Positions 17,948 through 28,542 of a DNA stretch of 64,000 nt are shown piece after piece; the stretch's first letter is position 1, and every line of letters starts with the position of its first letter. The DNA comes from a virus. Lineage: Duplodnaviria > Caudoviricetes. The stretch covers positions 1 through 64,000 of the IMG/VR virus record IMGVR_UViG_3300035491_000042. One strand, written 5' to 3'. A program made the translations under genes and the position numbers. The notes beneath the pieces were generated by a model. It was not told where the DNA came from. It did no database searches and saw only the letters and a program-made list of their open reading frames with translations.

Positions 17948-18002
17948 ATTAAAACACATGGTGTGTCGTGTGTCAACAAAAAAGCCCGCACAGGGCGGGC
18001 TT
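17948..18002 (-). terminator. intrinsic terminator adjacent to sigma70 promoter of dda
   Basis: AAGCCCGC-loop-GCGGGCTT with T-run; TTGACA-17-TTTAAT at 17948-17976. Confidence 0.75.
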
Positions 18003-18006
18003 CTTC

Positions 18007-18519
18007 TTACTCTTCGGTTCCATCCTCGGAGAGAACTTCCTGCACTTTCTCTTCTGGCTTCTGGCGTGGCTTAGGACCGGGCTTCTTGCGCTGTTTCTCA
18101 GGTTCCGCTGCCTTTGCTGATGCTGTTTTTGCGACAGCGTCAAGAACATCGGTCAGTTTCTCCAGAACAGCAGCAGTGTTAGCGTCACTACCACTACCAC
18201 CACGGTTATTGGTTTCAGCAGAGATAGCTTTGATGGCCTTTTCACCGGGCTTCAGAATCTTATGACCTTCAGAATTTTCGTCGATGACTGCGACGCAGAT
18301 TAGGTTGTCAAATTGTACCAGTGCGTTGATACCGTTACTCAACTTGACGTCACCCATCACCGTCAGAAGATCATCAGAAGTCTTCTTCGCCTCGATCTCT
18401 TTCATGCGCTCATAGTCGACACGGTGCAATGACTTCACCGGGATGTAGATCATACGGTTTTTGTTCTCTCGAAGAACAAAAACTCGCTGTAGTTTGTTGT
18501 CAATACGAATAGTTTTCAT
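18007..18519 (-). CDS. hypothetical protein
   Basis: AGGAG RBS; ORF track. Confidence 0.7.
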   Translation of the reverse strand: MKTIRIDNKLQRVFVLRENKNRMIYIPVKSLHRVDYERMKEIEAKKTSDDLLTVMGDVKLSNGINALVQFDNLICVAVIDENSEGHKILKPGEKAIKAISAETNNRGGSGSDANTAAVLEKLTDVLDAVAKTASAKAAEPEKQRKKPGPKPRQKPEEKVQEVLSEDGTEE

Positions 18520-18543
18520 GGATTCTCCTTTTCATTCGCTTGG

Positions 18544-18726
18544 TTACATAAGAACCAGTTTGTTCTTTTCGTCGACAGTGTACTCTTCATAGTCACCGTT
18601 CCGACGTTCAACACCGAACCACCCATACTGACCAGATGCAGCCAGTTTGTTCAGGTCGCGTATGTTATTTATAGTAAATTCTTCGGGCTTGTTTTTCATT
18701 CCATGCTTGACGGCAGTAACTTTCAA
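18544..18726 (-). CDS. small hypothetical protein
   Basis: GAGGG RBS, TTG start; operon packing. Confidence 0.5.
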   Translation of the reverse strand: MKVTAVKHGMKNKPEEFTINNIRDLNKLAASGQYGWFGVERRNGDYEEYTVDEKNKLVLM

Positions 18727-18737
18727 ACCCTCACTTA

Positions 18738-19010
18738 CTACTTTTTTTCGTCATCTTCCTCGTCATCTTCAGACTCAGAATCGTCTTCCTCGTCATCTTC
18801 AGAATCATCCTCATCTTCAGATTCGGTTACGCTTTTTTCATCACCTTCGGTTTCACTTTCAGAATCATTCTCGTCAGTGTCACCCTTTGCGGCTTCTTCC
18901 AGCATCTGCTTACGAGTCTCAGTCGCTTCATTGAGAATGTTTGAGAACGCTGTTGCTGTTGCAGCTTTCACGCTTTCTTTCAGTTCTTTCATAAGTTCAT
19001 CATTGGACAT
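18738..19010 (-). CDS. acidic late protein, possibly gp67-like prohead core protein
   Basis: TATAAATA at 19035-19042 upstream; poly-D/E tail; 90 aa. Confidence 0.5.
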   Translation of the reverse strand: MSNDELMKELKESVKAATATAFSNILNEATETRKQMLEEAAKGDTDENDSESETEGDEKSVTESEDEDDSEDDEEDDSESEDDEEDDEKK

Positions 19011-19037
19011 GTTGTTGTCTCCTGTTTACAGTTTTAT

Positions 19038-19913
19038 TTATATGTTTTTGAAAGACGGTTTTTTCTTAAAAGCTCGTTCACCGATAAACCGTATATTACT
19101 CTGGTCTTTGATACCGATATCCGAAAGAAACTTCATCGTTTTCAACTGGCTATACGCGGATGGTTGGTAGCTCTTGATCTTCTCCAGAATAAGCTGCCGT
19201 ATACCCTCTGGTTGAGCTGTTAAGTCTATCAGTTCAATATTTCGCATCAGAGTATCGGCGACCTTCTCATCTCTTCCGGGTAGAATGGTCTCCAACAGGT
19301 TCAGCATCTCAAGATCATCGCTCCATGCCTTTCGTAGTCTATCCACACGCACACGCGGGTACGCGGACGGAACGTGGTCGCCAGCGTCACCACGGATGCA
19401 CTTCACGAACAGATCGAAGCCAGCATCCTCTGTTTCTCGCCAGCATTTCTGTACGGGTGAATACAGGCGAGTGTGATCGTTGATCAACTGGATAAAATCT
19501 TTATCAGACGAGAGAATGATGTTCTCGCTGTCTGATTCTTGACACCAGACACCGATAATGTCGTCAGCTTCACAACGAGCAACCTCCAAGACGTATGCAG
19601 CAGTGCATTCACGGAAGAACCGAACTAGGTTGTTACATGCTTCGATTGTGTCATCAAAGTACGGGTCATCAATAGAGCCAGTGTGGTTTGCTTTGTATTC
19701 TGGGTAAACGTCGCGACGCCATACGTTAGGTGAATCGACGCATATAACGAAGGCGTCCGCTTTTAGTTCAGCAACAAGGGTACTCAGACGAACCAAAGCG
19801 CTCTTAAACAGAGTCTCAGCGACAAAACGCTCCTTGGTCTTCTTATCCTTCGGGAGGATACTGTGACGAAGCGAAAAGACGAAGTTGTTTACGTCTACGA
19901 TTAGGTTTGTCAT
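19038..19913 (-). CDS. rnh: T4 RNase H-like 5'-3' exonuclease
   Basis: VD, WRR..YPEYKAN, EADDIIG, SSDKDFIQL, GDAGD. Confidence 0.9.
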   Translation of the reverse strand: MTNLIVDVNNFVFSLRHSILPKDKKTKERFVAETLFKSALVRLSTLVAELKADAFVICVDSPNVWRRDVYPEYKANHTGSIDDPYFDDTIEACNNLVRFFRECTAAYVLEVARCEADDIIGVWCQESDSENIILSSDKDFIQLINDHTRLYSPVQKCWRETEDAGFDLFVKCIRGDAGDHVPSAYPRVRVDRLRKAWSDDLEMLNLLETILPGRDEKVADTLMRNIELIDLTAQPEGIRQLILEKIKSYQPSAYSQLKTMKFLSDIGIKDQSNIRFIGERAFKKKPSFKNI

Positions 19914-20371
19914 TACTCATCCTCTGTCTTCTCCTCGAATGATTCGAGAAGCTGTAAAAGACCATCATGTGCTAATGTGAGAAGTGCCAACTGGATGGCA
20001 AACTGATTCTCCGTCTGAGAGTCATCAATGAGACCTTGCTGGAATAGCGATTCTGGGGCTTTTTCGTTGTAACGAATGATTGGGGTGATACTATTAAGAT
20101 CGTCGCTGAGCTCTACGGTCACAGAGGACTTTCCTTCAGTAATAACCGAGTTCTTTCTGAGGTTCTCAAGCTCGGCTTCTAGCTCTTTGATGGTCTCGTC
20201 CTTTTCCGCCAACTCAGTTGAAAGTTCCTGAGCTATCTCCACTATATCATCGACTTTCTTTTGAAACTGAGCAGCATCTGCGTTCATGCGTTCACGCATC
20301 GTTTCGAGATCACCCTCAAGCCGTTGCTTGTCTTCTTGTAGTTTAGTGAATTCCTTCTTATTGACCCACAT
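19913..20371 (-). CDS. coiled-coil hypothetical protein
   Basis: Heptad-rich N-terminus. Confidence 0.65.
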   Translation of the reverse strand: MWVNKKEFTKLQEDKQRLEGDLETMRERMNADAAQFQKKVDDIVEIAQELSTELAEKDETIKELEAELENLRKNSVITEGKSSVTVELSDDLNSITPIIRYNEKAPESLFQQGLIDDSQTENQFAIQLALLTLAHDGLLQLLESFEEKTEDE

Positions 20372-20373
20372 AC

Positions 20374-20844
20374 TTAATCCTCTTTTTTCAATTCTGCGAA
20401 ACTTTCACCGTACAGCTTGAGCTCTTTGCCGATCATTGGGTACAGAGCAGATTTGACAGTTTCAAACGCTTCAGGTGAGGCACCGTATGCGACAGAAACA
20501 TGGGCAAGGAACGGATCAAATGAATGATTCATGAAGAATGAAAGTTCTTCATGCCTTGCCTGTGCAGACGGTGCGTCGATGGTCAATACTATAGCACCTT
20601 TCCCTTCCTCGTCAACACCAAGCATTTGAATGTCTACAATCGTTCCCGTGTGGACGAGCTGAGGCTTCCCGAATACCTTTGCGTTCTCAATGGGGATAGG
20701 ATTCGATTTATCATACATGAGCGTCATGTGCATGTCATGAGGCTTAATGAGTGTAGCATCCATTGGGATATGTTTGATTTGAGCGTAGATAGCTCTTCCC
20801 ATTTCCAAGCCGACACGAAGTGAAACATACCCTAGTTTGATCAT
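20374..20844 (-). CDS. 2H phosphoesterase, Acb1/T4 gp57B-like anti-CBASS nuclease
   Basis: Two HxT/S motifs: HMTLMY and HSFDPFLAHVSVAY; 156 aa; TAAATA upstream. Confidence 0.8.
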   Translation of the reverse strand: MIKLGYVSLRVGLEMGRAIYAQIKHIPMDATLIKPHDMHMTLMYDKSNPIPIENAKVFGKPQLVHTGTIVDIQMLGVDEEGKGAIVLTIDAPSAQARHEELSFFMNHSFDPFLAHVSVAYGASPEAFETVKSALYPMIGKELKLYGESFAELKKED

Positions 20845-20866
20845 TGTTTTGTCTCCATTGAATTAT

Positions 20867-22657
20867 TTACAGTGGATATTCGTACTTTATCAAACCGCAA
20901 TCATAGATCGGGTATATCCCGTGTTCCAACATATTGGTCATTTCACTCTTAGTCGGATCGAAGTGTTCGAGTATCGTTTCAAGATTCTTCCTACGGAAGT
21001 TTTGCTTACGAACGCGTTTGTCATCAATCACGTACTGGTAATCCGGTTTGATATGCTTAGCCTCCACCCAACCAGACTTACGATACACATCACCCTCGCT
21101 GTAGCGTTTATCCGCGAACGATACAAGATTTGCACATCCAAGGTCTCTCAGGAACGGGATAGCGTGTTTCAAAAGACGCGTAAAGCCTCCTACAACGCGA
21201 CATGAGGTGGCGTATCTCGATAGCTCATACTCTGTGTCGGTTCTCTTCTTGAAGCTCATCATAGCTCGTATCTCACCAGCATAATACAGACACAGTGTCA
21301 GGCTTTGACCGCCATTTCCTTGAATGTGGTTCTTGTCGTAGAACGCTTTGATGGTTTCTTTCTCATCCTTGGTGATATTGATGAGTGTGCATTTTCTGGC
21401 GAATACGGTCTCTCTGTCGTCAACACCAAGGATCGATTTCAGTTTTGCCTTCACCTGTTCCTGTCGATGCTCCCATTCGTCCTCAAAGATATGAATCAGG
21501 CGCACTCCGACCTCCTTGGCGGCGTTGCTCTTCTCAAGATGGAAGTTGTTCTCCTTATACTTCTTTGAGTGCCAGTACAACCCGTTATACTCGATACCTA
21601 TCATTTTCGATGGGATAAGAATGTCAATCTCTCGGTTGTTTGGTAATGTGGTTCGATCCCCAGAGATCGCGTCATCAAAACCAAGGCTCTGAATGAACGC
21701 GAGTACTTGTTTTTCTGCGAACGACTTGTTCGTTGGTTCTACCTCAATGTTGAACTTTCGTAGCCGGTCGTAGATCACCCCATCACCGACGCCCAATAGG
21801 TTTCCTAAGCGAACACCACCAAGGAGGCGGTAATTCTCTTCCAGCCAGACTGGGTTGTCGAGAAGATCGAGATTTTCTTTTGAAATGTGTCGTTGCGAGT
21901 GATGAGGGACGCCGTATGTGTTTAAATTCTTCATCCGTATACGCTCTTTAAAGACGTCCGAGCAGCGATAGAACTCAGAGCCATAACGCTCCAAATTCGT
22001 CTTCTTGACCTTCCGAAAAACGACATCGTTCTGTATAGGGTTCTCTACCCCATAACGTTCAATGTTCGTGTTCTTAGCTTTCTCTTTCACATCATCGGAC
22101 TGCATTGGGTTCTCTACCCCATAACGCTCCAAATTCGTCTGTGTGATCTTTTTCTTAATATCTCCAGACGCAAACACATTATCAACACCATATGTTTTCC
22201 TAATAGATGCCTTATGCTTCCGACGCCCACTTTCTGTTTTCATTGGGTGGTCTGCGCCGTAACGAGAATTATTGGTTTTCTTGCGACGTTCCTTTACGTC
22301 GTCTCTCTGGGTGTTATATTCAACCCCATAAAGCTCAAGATTATTTTCCTTCTCCTTTTCGACAACAAATACACCGTTACATTTTCGAGAACAAGTCTTC
22401 GGAAATTCAGGGCCATGCGCTGTATGTATTTTATTCCCACACACAGGACACAGTGGTGGTTCTGTTATACCGTGTTTCAGTGCGAAGAGATACACAGAAA
22501 ACTCTTTTCGCCCGTCCATCGAATCGATGAAAGAAAACATACGTTTCACCGATTCTTTGAATTCTCGGTGTTCTTTCTTCTTGACCCATGCGGTGCTTGT
22601 ACCATCACCCATTGCGGTACGATAGTACTCTTGTAGTTGCTCGATACCCATATTCAT
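20867..22657 (-). mobile_element. Hef-like homing endonuclease
   Basis: Zn finger, YGVENPxQ repeats, EIDI..IGIEYNGLYWH PD-(D/E)xK nuclease, C-terminal GNAT-like domain. Confidence 0.75.
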
Positions 22658-22740
22658 TCCTCATTTCGTTTTCATCGCATGATATCAAAATATTTACAAC
22701 CCATCAAGTATAACAGGTGTGATTAAAACTCAGGCAAAAG

Positions 22741-22764
22741 AAAACCCCGCACTAGGCGGGGTTT
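22741..22764 (-). terminator. intrinsic terminator after major capsid gene
   Basis: AAACCCCGC-loop-GCGGGGTTTT. Confidence 0.85.
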
Positions 22765-22788
22765 GTCTTATTTTCCCTTGAAAATCAA

Positions 22789-24045
22789 TTAGTTAGTAAA
22801 ACCAAGTTCAAGGTTAGCCACAGTAGCACGGGCATAATAGTCAGGACTATCGCCAAGGCTGGTGGCAGTGTCGGTGAAACTATGCAGAGCGTATCGGGTA
22901 CGCAGCATAACACGGAAGTCGCCGGTCTCGGGATTTCGAACAACACCAGAAGAGCTCAGCGGAATGTACGGAGCGTACACGAAACCGGTATCGATTTCTG
23001 AACCTTTGTAACCCATCAGGATGTAGTCGGATTCGGCATATGGGTCAACATACACGCGAGTAGTACCAGCGAAAGTACCAACGAACAGCGAGCTACCGAT
23101 TTGCAGACCGGCACCACCATTGGCGGGGACCAGAGCATTTACCGGAACGAAAGAGCTGTTGGCAGCATTCTTCAGACCAGTGAACACACGCTGGGAAACA
23201 ACCATCCAAGTCGCGCCAGACTTACGAGTTTTCATCGCAATTTGTGCACTCAGGTTGTCGATGGCGATAGTCATTGCAGCCAGTTTTTCACCAGCGTAGC
23301 GACCGTCAACGTTCGCGAAATCGAAAGCTTCAACAGTACCTGCCAGAGACACCAGTTCACCCAGAAGCTCACGATCCAGCTCACGCATGATTTCATCGCC
23401 CAGAGTTTGGCTCAGTTCGCTTTCGATGTCCAGACCATCCAGAGCGGACAGGTCGTCAGCAGCTTCCAGCGAGTAAGCAGCGCTCAGCTTACGGCTCTTA
23501 GGTTCAACCGCTTGGGTCAGAACTTCGAGGTCCATAGGCTTACCACGGTTACCTTCCAGATACACGGTTTGTTCGAACGGGTCGAGTGCGTCAACGGCGT
23601 CGTAGTCGTCACCCAGAGCCAGCAGGGAATACTTGTCAAAGACGTTCTTACCGGAAGCTTCGGTGCCAGCAGCAACCGCATTAACACCAGAACCAGCAGT
23701 GGTTTCGGTATCTTGGCTGTAACGCATACGCAGGGTACGAACAATACCACGAGGACCATTCAGCGGTTGGAAACCTACGAGGTCCATAGCCAGCAGAGCA
23801 GGCATGGTACGACGAACCAGAGGCATAAACATCATGTCGTAGCGACTGATGTTCGAGGTTACAGTAGAACCGGGTGCAGTAGACTCAACAACAACTTTGT
23901 TGTGTTCAGTAGAGGTGCCCAGTGCAGCGACGTTTTCGGCGTGAACGTTTTCCATCAACTGCTTCATAACGCCAGCTTGCTTGTCGTCCAGACCTTCAAG
24001 AAGAGCGTCGCGGAACTCGCCCCAATTTTCGTATTTCTTACTCAT
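22789..24045 (-). CDS. major capsid protein (gp23-like)
   Basis: LVRR.MP.L.A..LVGFQPL.GP, KSRKL, E..RE..RE, YAPYIPL, TRYA. Confidence 0.95.
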   Translation of the reverse strand: MSKKYENWGEFRDALLEGLDDKQAGVMKQLMENVHAENVAALGTSTEHNKVVVESTAPGSTVTSNISRYDMMFMPLVRRTMPALLAMDLVGFQPLNGPRGIVRTLRMRYSQDTETTAGSGVNAVAAGTEASGKNVFDKYSLLALGDDYDAVDALDPFEQTVYLEGNRGKPMDLEVLTQAVEPKSRKLSAAYSLEAADDLSALDGLDIESELSQTLGDEIMRELDRELLGELVSLAGTVEAFDFANVDGRYAGEKLAAMTIAIDNLSAQIAMKTRKSGATWMVVSQRVFTGLKNAANSSFVPVNALVPANGGAGLQIGSSLFVGTFAGTTRVYVDPYAESDYILMGYKGSEIDTGFVYAPYIPLSSSGVVRNPETGDFRVMLRTRYALHSFTDTATSLGDSPDYYARATVANLELGFTN

Positions 24046-24096
24046 TAGAAAACTCCTAAAATGATTTACATCTTTATTTATTATTTCTGTTAAATT

Positions 24097-24933
24097 TTAT
24101 CGACGAGTCGCAGCTTTAACAGATTTTTGTAGACGAATGATCATCGGATCAGTAGATTCCGTAACCACAGCGTCAGCGTCTTCTTGGCTAAGAGTTACAC
24201 CTTCGTCAATAACGACAGTGCCTTTACCATCTTCAGCCGCATCGGTGTTCGAAGACTCGACGATAGTCGCATCGTTTTCGCCCTTATCGGACTCAGCAAG
24301 CAACACACCGCGAATACTTTCGAACTTAGCATCCAACTTCTCAGTTGCAACACCTTCCAGAATAGTTTCAGCGATGGCTCGCTTATCACCAGTTACACCT
24401 TCAAGAAGCTCGTTGATTTTCTCTTTACGCTTATATGCGTCGAGTTCAACTTTGGCTTCTTTCAGTTCAGCCAGCGCTTCGGCATCAACTCCACCGAACT
24501 GTGCTTCGAAAGCCTCACGATAGGATTCGAAGATGTTCATAGCGAACTGGTGCTTACGGGCAAACTCAATGCTTTCTTTCAGCTCTTCGACTTCTTCAGC
24601 AACGGCTTCAGCAACCATAGTCGCGAGTTTCTCAGACTGGGCGGCATCATAGCTTTCTTTGAATTCTGTCAGCTTGGTGGCATATTCGACCTCAATAGTT
24701 CGAGCATGCGCAACTTCTTCGGCAACAGCAGCCAGTTCTTCGGCAACAGCTTCTTCGATGATCGAAGGGAGCATATCACTCATTTCGGTCTTGGCTTCTG
24801 CAAGCTTCTGTGCATATTCAGCTTCGATTTCAACTGCACGAGCTGACACAGCAGTATTGAAGGCTTCAGTCATAGCCTGTTTGGTCTCATCTGTCAGAAC
24901 GGCAGATTCGAACAGTTGTTGTAGTTGGTTCAT
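24097..24933 (-). CDS. prohead scaffold (gp22-like)
   Basis: Acidic coiled coil between protease and capsid genes. Confidence 0.85.
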   Translation of the reverse strand: MNQLQQLFESAVLTDETKQAMTEAFNTAVSARAVEIEAEYAQKLAEAKTEMSDMLPSIIEEAVAEELAAVAEEVAHARTIEVEYATKLTEFKESYDAAQSEKLATMVAEAVAEEVEELKESIEFARKHQFAMNIFESYREAFEAQFGGVDAEALAELKEAKVELDAYKRKEKINELLEGVTGDKRAIAETILEGVATEKLDAKFESIRGVLLAESDKGENDATIVESSNTDAAEDGKGTVVIDEGVTLSQEDADAVVTESTDPMIIRLQKSVKAATRR

Positions 24934-24960
24934 GAATTTCTCCTGAAAATCGTTACGTTA

Positions 24961-25602
24961 TTATTTACTTGCATGCGATGTTTTGATGTGCGCAATGAAC
25001 TTTTGCATCTCAGCGAGTAAGTATTTTTGAGCTGCACTATCGTGGATCACCGACTCCGAGAGGTCGTTGATGATTTCTCCGCGAGCATACATCTCAAGCT
25101 GTTCTTGAATTGTTTCTGGGTAAGCACTTCGACAGGAAGGTGTGGCGACTGCATCGACCGTTACTAGGTGAAAGTTACTAACCTCACCTGTGGACTCCAT
25201 TACACTACCAGACCCACGGGTGCTCACACCAACTCTGATATCGGAATCAATGAGAGCTTTTAGAATCGCCCCTTTTGGGTGCTTATCAAGAATCTCGGCT
25301 TTGCCGATCATCCGGTTGCCTTCCATTCTGGCAGAAACGATCTTGTGTGAAACGTTCTCAAGCTTAACTTCTAGCGAATTAGGGTGATCCAGCTCTCCAA
25401 GCACAAACTGTCCTTGAGCTGCTAGAGAATTGATACGTTCGACTTCTTTGGTCAGCTCATTTAGGCGATACGTTCGCCCATTACGGTTCTTCACCCCTGC
25501 CTCGGCAAACACACCAGAAAGATACATCTTCTTGGTGTTGGTTGCGCTTTCTACTACAATGTCTGTTGTAACATCGTGGAAGTTCTCTTCAATCAGAATC
25601 AT
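24961..25602 (-). CDS. prohead protease (gp21-like)
   Basis: NRNGRTY, GELDHP, VSH, GVSTRGSG, DAVATPS; TATAAATA at 25629-25636. Confidence 0.95.
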   Translation of the reverse strand: MILIEENFHDVTTDIVVESATNTKKMYLSGVFAEAGVKNRNGRTYRLNELTKEVERINSLAAQGQFVLGELDHPNSLEVKLENVSHKIVSARMEGNRMIGKAEILDKHPKGAILKALIDSDIRVGVSTRGSGSVMESTGEVSNFHLVTVDAVATPSCRSAYPETIQEQLEMYARGEIINDLSESVIHDSAAQKYLLAEMQKFIAHIKTSHASK

Positions 25603-25631
25603 GGTAATGCCCTATTGTTTATACACTTTAT

Positions 25632-26432
25632 TTATACACTTCCACTGTTGAGTTTTGTAGTATCACCGGTATTTCGGAAATATTGAACTGCAACAGTCTG
25701 CTTAGCATACTCTTCTTCCTCGATGCGACCTTCATAGAAGTCCCATGCAATGAACTCCTGTGCCTTTTTAACGAGGGAGTCAACTTTCTCCGGTGTGGCT
25801 TCCCTAATTTCCTGAATGGTTCTGCGCACTCTGGCGGTTGCGTTCTTTCTGAAATATGACTGCGCTGCCTGATATCCACGAAACGCTAGAAGAAAAACAC
25901 TCTCGTTCAGATCACTCTCGTTGACCTTCTGAACGGTTTTTATCGCTCGTTTGGCTGACGAGATGATCTGGTCTCGCTCAGGACTTCTCTCGTCCTTTTC
26001 AACTCGTTTAATCAACCGATATCCAACGTCTTTAACGTTTCTATCGATGTCAGACAAAATTGGTCTGGTTGCAGCTTTGTATATAGCCTTGTAGCTATTC
26101 CCGAGTTTCTTACGAATGGCGATGATGATATCCCGCTTCAACACAAGATTCGTAAACTCTTTGTACAGCTTCTCGACAGCTTGATTGGACTTGATATAGT
26201 GCGCGATAGAGCCCACAGCAAGGCCAATTGTGCCAGATGCTATTGCACCAGCAGCTACCGCGCTAAGTGGGATCAGGCCATATGAAGCCAGTGAAACACC
26301 GATCATCAAAGATGTCGCAATGTTACTCGCTGTCGGTAGGATCAAATCCCTGTTGATATGTAGCTTATCCGCTAGAGTCAACAGACTTTCGTCTTCAAAA
26401 AGCTCATCAGTCTTCATTCTTACTATTACCAA
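25632..26432 (-). CDS. hypothetical protein in head operon
   Basis: Lies between portal and protease; hydrophobic N-terminal segment, basic body. Confidence 0.6.
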   Translation of the reverse strand: MVIVRMKTDELFEDESLLTLADKLHINRDLILPTASNIATSLMIGVSLASYGLIPLSAVAAGAIASGTIGLAVGSIAHYIKSNQAVEKLYKEFTNLVLKRDIIIAIRKKLGNSYKAIYKAATRPILSDIDRNVKDVGYRLIKRVEKDERSPERDQIISSAKRAIKTVQKVNESDLNESVFLLAFRGYQAAQSYFRKNATARVRRTIQEIREATPEKVDSLVKKAQEFIAWDFYEGRIEEEEYAKQTVAVQYFRNTGDTTKLNSGSV

Positions 26433-27958
26433 CCTTGTTGATTTTGTTCTTGAGCCTGTAGGCCATATTTTTCAGCAACAGCAGGAGTTGGAGTGCCATA
26501 GACAATATTATCGATTTCTGTCTGTTCCATACCCTTAATAACGTCATCACTAATACCAAGCTCACGAAGACGTTCTTCCTCGTTGTGGTGTAGCTCGTCC
26601 TGCGTCAAACCAAGATACTTCTGAAGAGAAAACTTCTTAGACAGCACATTGATCTGTAGTGTGCTGTTATAAACGTTTAGTTGGGTTTGGTTCAGCTCCA
26701 TCTCTTTGTACTGAGAGAACGACATTGGTTCATTGATGCGAAGTTCAAGGTCTTCTGGGATGACGATATCTCTGTCGATACAGAACTCTTTAAAATTCTC
26801 GAACAACGTCGCAGCAAAACGTCGCTGAAACCGTTTTACGTACCCCATATAACGCATCTCGATCTGATACAGTTGACCAACACGCATGTCGTTATACTGA
26901 CTTCTTTCTTGGTCGCCTTGTGTGTCGATCATCGAATGAGGGATGCGCAGACCAGCAGCAAGCTTGCGACTGAACCACTCAAGGTCAGCAGTCTCACCAA
27001 GGTTCTGTCCACCCGGTAGTGTCTCAATGCGAGAACCTTTACCGGTGCTATTGGTCGGGATGAAGATGTCTTCACTGGTCGAGTGTGGGTCATATTCAGT
27101 CGTCAGTTCCTTGTTCTTCACCGCGTTCTTCTGCATCAGTCGCATGCGTTGCTTCTCAATAGCAGCTTCGCGCTTCGGTCCTTGTAGGTTACCGGTGTCG
27201 ATGTAGTAAACACGACGCTCGGGGGCGCGAACAACGCGATAGATGATGACTGCGTCCTCGATCAGACTCATCTGTCTCCAAGTACGATATACCGGCTCGA
27301 TGATAGACATACCAAATGGTTCATTATTTGTCTTTAGAACAATCAAGTCACTCACTGGGATAATTTCGATGTCATTGACACTGACCGCGTTCATGCGCTG
27401 ACGCTCTTGCTGACTCAAAGTGCCGGATGACTTGATCAGTCGCCCTTCTTTGTTATACAAGTAATGAGTGACGACTTGGTCATCTTCATTAGAGAGGATA
27501 TAGCCAATCATCCGTTCGGTTTTTAACTCCTTACAAGAACCATCTGGTTGTTTCCTGTAAAAAGTCGCCCCATATTTCAACGTCTTACGAACGCGCTCGA
27601 ATAAATCCACATCCATTCTGGTACGTGCGCCCCATGTGCGAATTGCTTCCGAGATGAAACGCATCAGAGTCTTCTTTGTTTTTGTCTCATCTGGGTACAC
27701 ATCAAGGAAAACATAATCATCGTCAGCATTGGACGATGAGATATCCTCAGCCAGAACATCAAGAGCGCGAGAAATTTCTACAGAAGTAGTGTCGGCATCA
27801 TCATAGCGTTGCAGGCGGTTGAAACGAGAACCGCTGTTGTCAATGTAGTTGTTATACCAGCTACTTGAGACTGCATGCGAGCTCATTGCGTAACCGCCAT
27901 TACTCTTTGAACCCAGACGAACTGTGTTCCATACGGATTCTTTTACTTGTACACTCAT
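26426..27958 (-). CDS. portal protein (gp20-like)
   Basis: EDAVIIYRVVRAPERRVYYIDTGNL, EDIFIP, IETLPGGQNLG. Confidence 0.95.
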   Translation of the reverse strand: MSVQVKESVWNTVRLGSKSNGGYAMSSHAVSSSWYNNYIDNSGSRFNRLQRYDDADTTSVEISRALDVLAEDISSSNADDDYVFLDVYPDETKTKKTLMRFISEAIRTWGARTRMDVDLFERVRKTLKYGATFYRKQPDGSCKELKTERMIGYILSNEDDQVVTHYLYNKEGRLIKSSGTLSQQERQRMNAVSVNDIEIIPVSDLIVLKTNNEPFGMSIIEPVYRTWRQMSLIEDAVIIYRVVRAPERRVYYIDTGNLQGPKREAAIEKQRMRLMQKNAVKNKELTTEYDPHSTSEDIFIPTNSTGKGSRIETLPGGQNLGETADLEWFSRKLAAGLRIPHSMIDTQGDQERSQYNDMRVGQLYQIEMRYMGYVKRFQRRFAATLFENFKEFCIDRDIVIPEDLELRINEPMSFSQYKEMELNQTQLNVYNSTLQINVLSKKFSLQKYLGLTQDELHHNEEERLRELGISDDVIKGMEQTEIDNIVYGTPTPAVAEKYGLQAQEQNQQGW

Positions 27959-28017
27959 GTGAGTATTCCTTTGTGATAAATATAGATCATTACACCACTA
28001 TTTATGGGACATAAGAC

Positions 28018-28542
28018 ATGCCAATGATTACGCAATCTATCAACAAAGACTACCTAGACATGTACGATGGTTACGACCAACAAGAAGTTGGTCTTGGTGT
28101 GGTGCAGCCAAATATTTATGCAACGCCAGCATACAAGAAGAAAAAAATAAAAAGTCTGATTCTTGGTGGTATTTCAGAAATTCAGTATGCTGGTATGGAG
28201 CATGACAGAAACCCTCTCATCCTGACCATGGCGTATGAAGGCCCATATAGCACGGTTATCGGGTACAACTTACACTACTGTCCACCAAAACTAAGATCAG
28301 CTATTCTCAAATTCGTACTAGACTCGAACGTTGCGAGAATCAAGGCGAACCAACCAATAATCGTGGACTACCATGCATTGAAGAGAGCAATCCCAGATAG
28401 TCAGTATCTTGTTCGACGATACAAAGTTGTTGGCATCAACGTCCTTGAGACATACCGACTCTCTGATTGGCCCGAAGCGGTCAAAGACCGCTCCAAGTGG
28501 GAGGGGCACTATAAGATGATCAAGGAAGGAAAGGTTCGTTAA
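28018..28542 (+). CDS. DNA end protector (gp2-like)
   Basis: DRNPLI...GYNLHYCPPKLR...RRY; ATAAATA upstream. Confidence 0.7.
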   Translation: MPMITQSINKDYLDMYDGYDQQEVGLGVVQPNIYATPAYKKKKIKSLILGGISEIQYAGMEHDRNPLILTMAYEGPYSTVIGYNLHYCPPKLRSAILKFVLDSNVARIKANQPIIVDYHALKRAIPDSQYLVRRYKVVGINVLETYRLSDWPEAVKDRSKWEGHYKMIKEGKVR

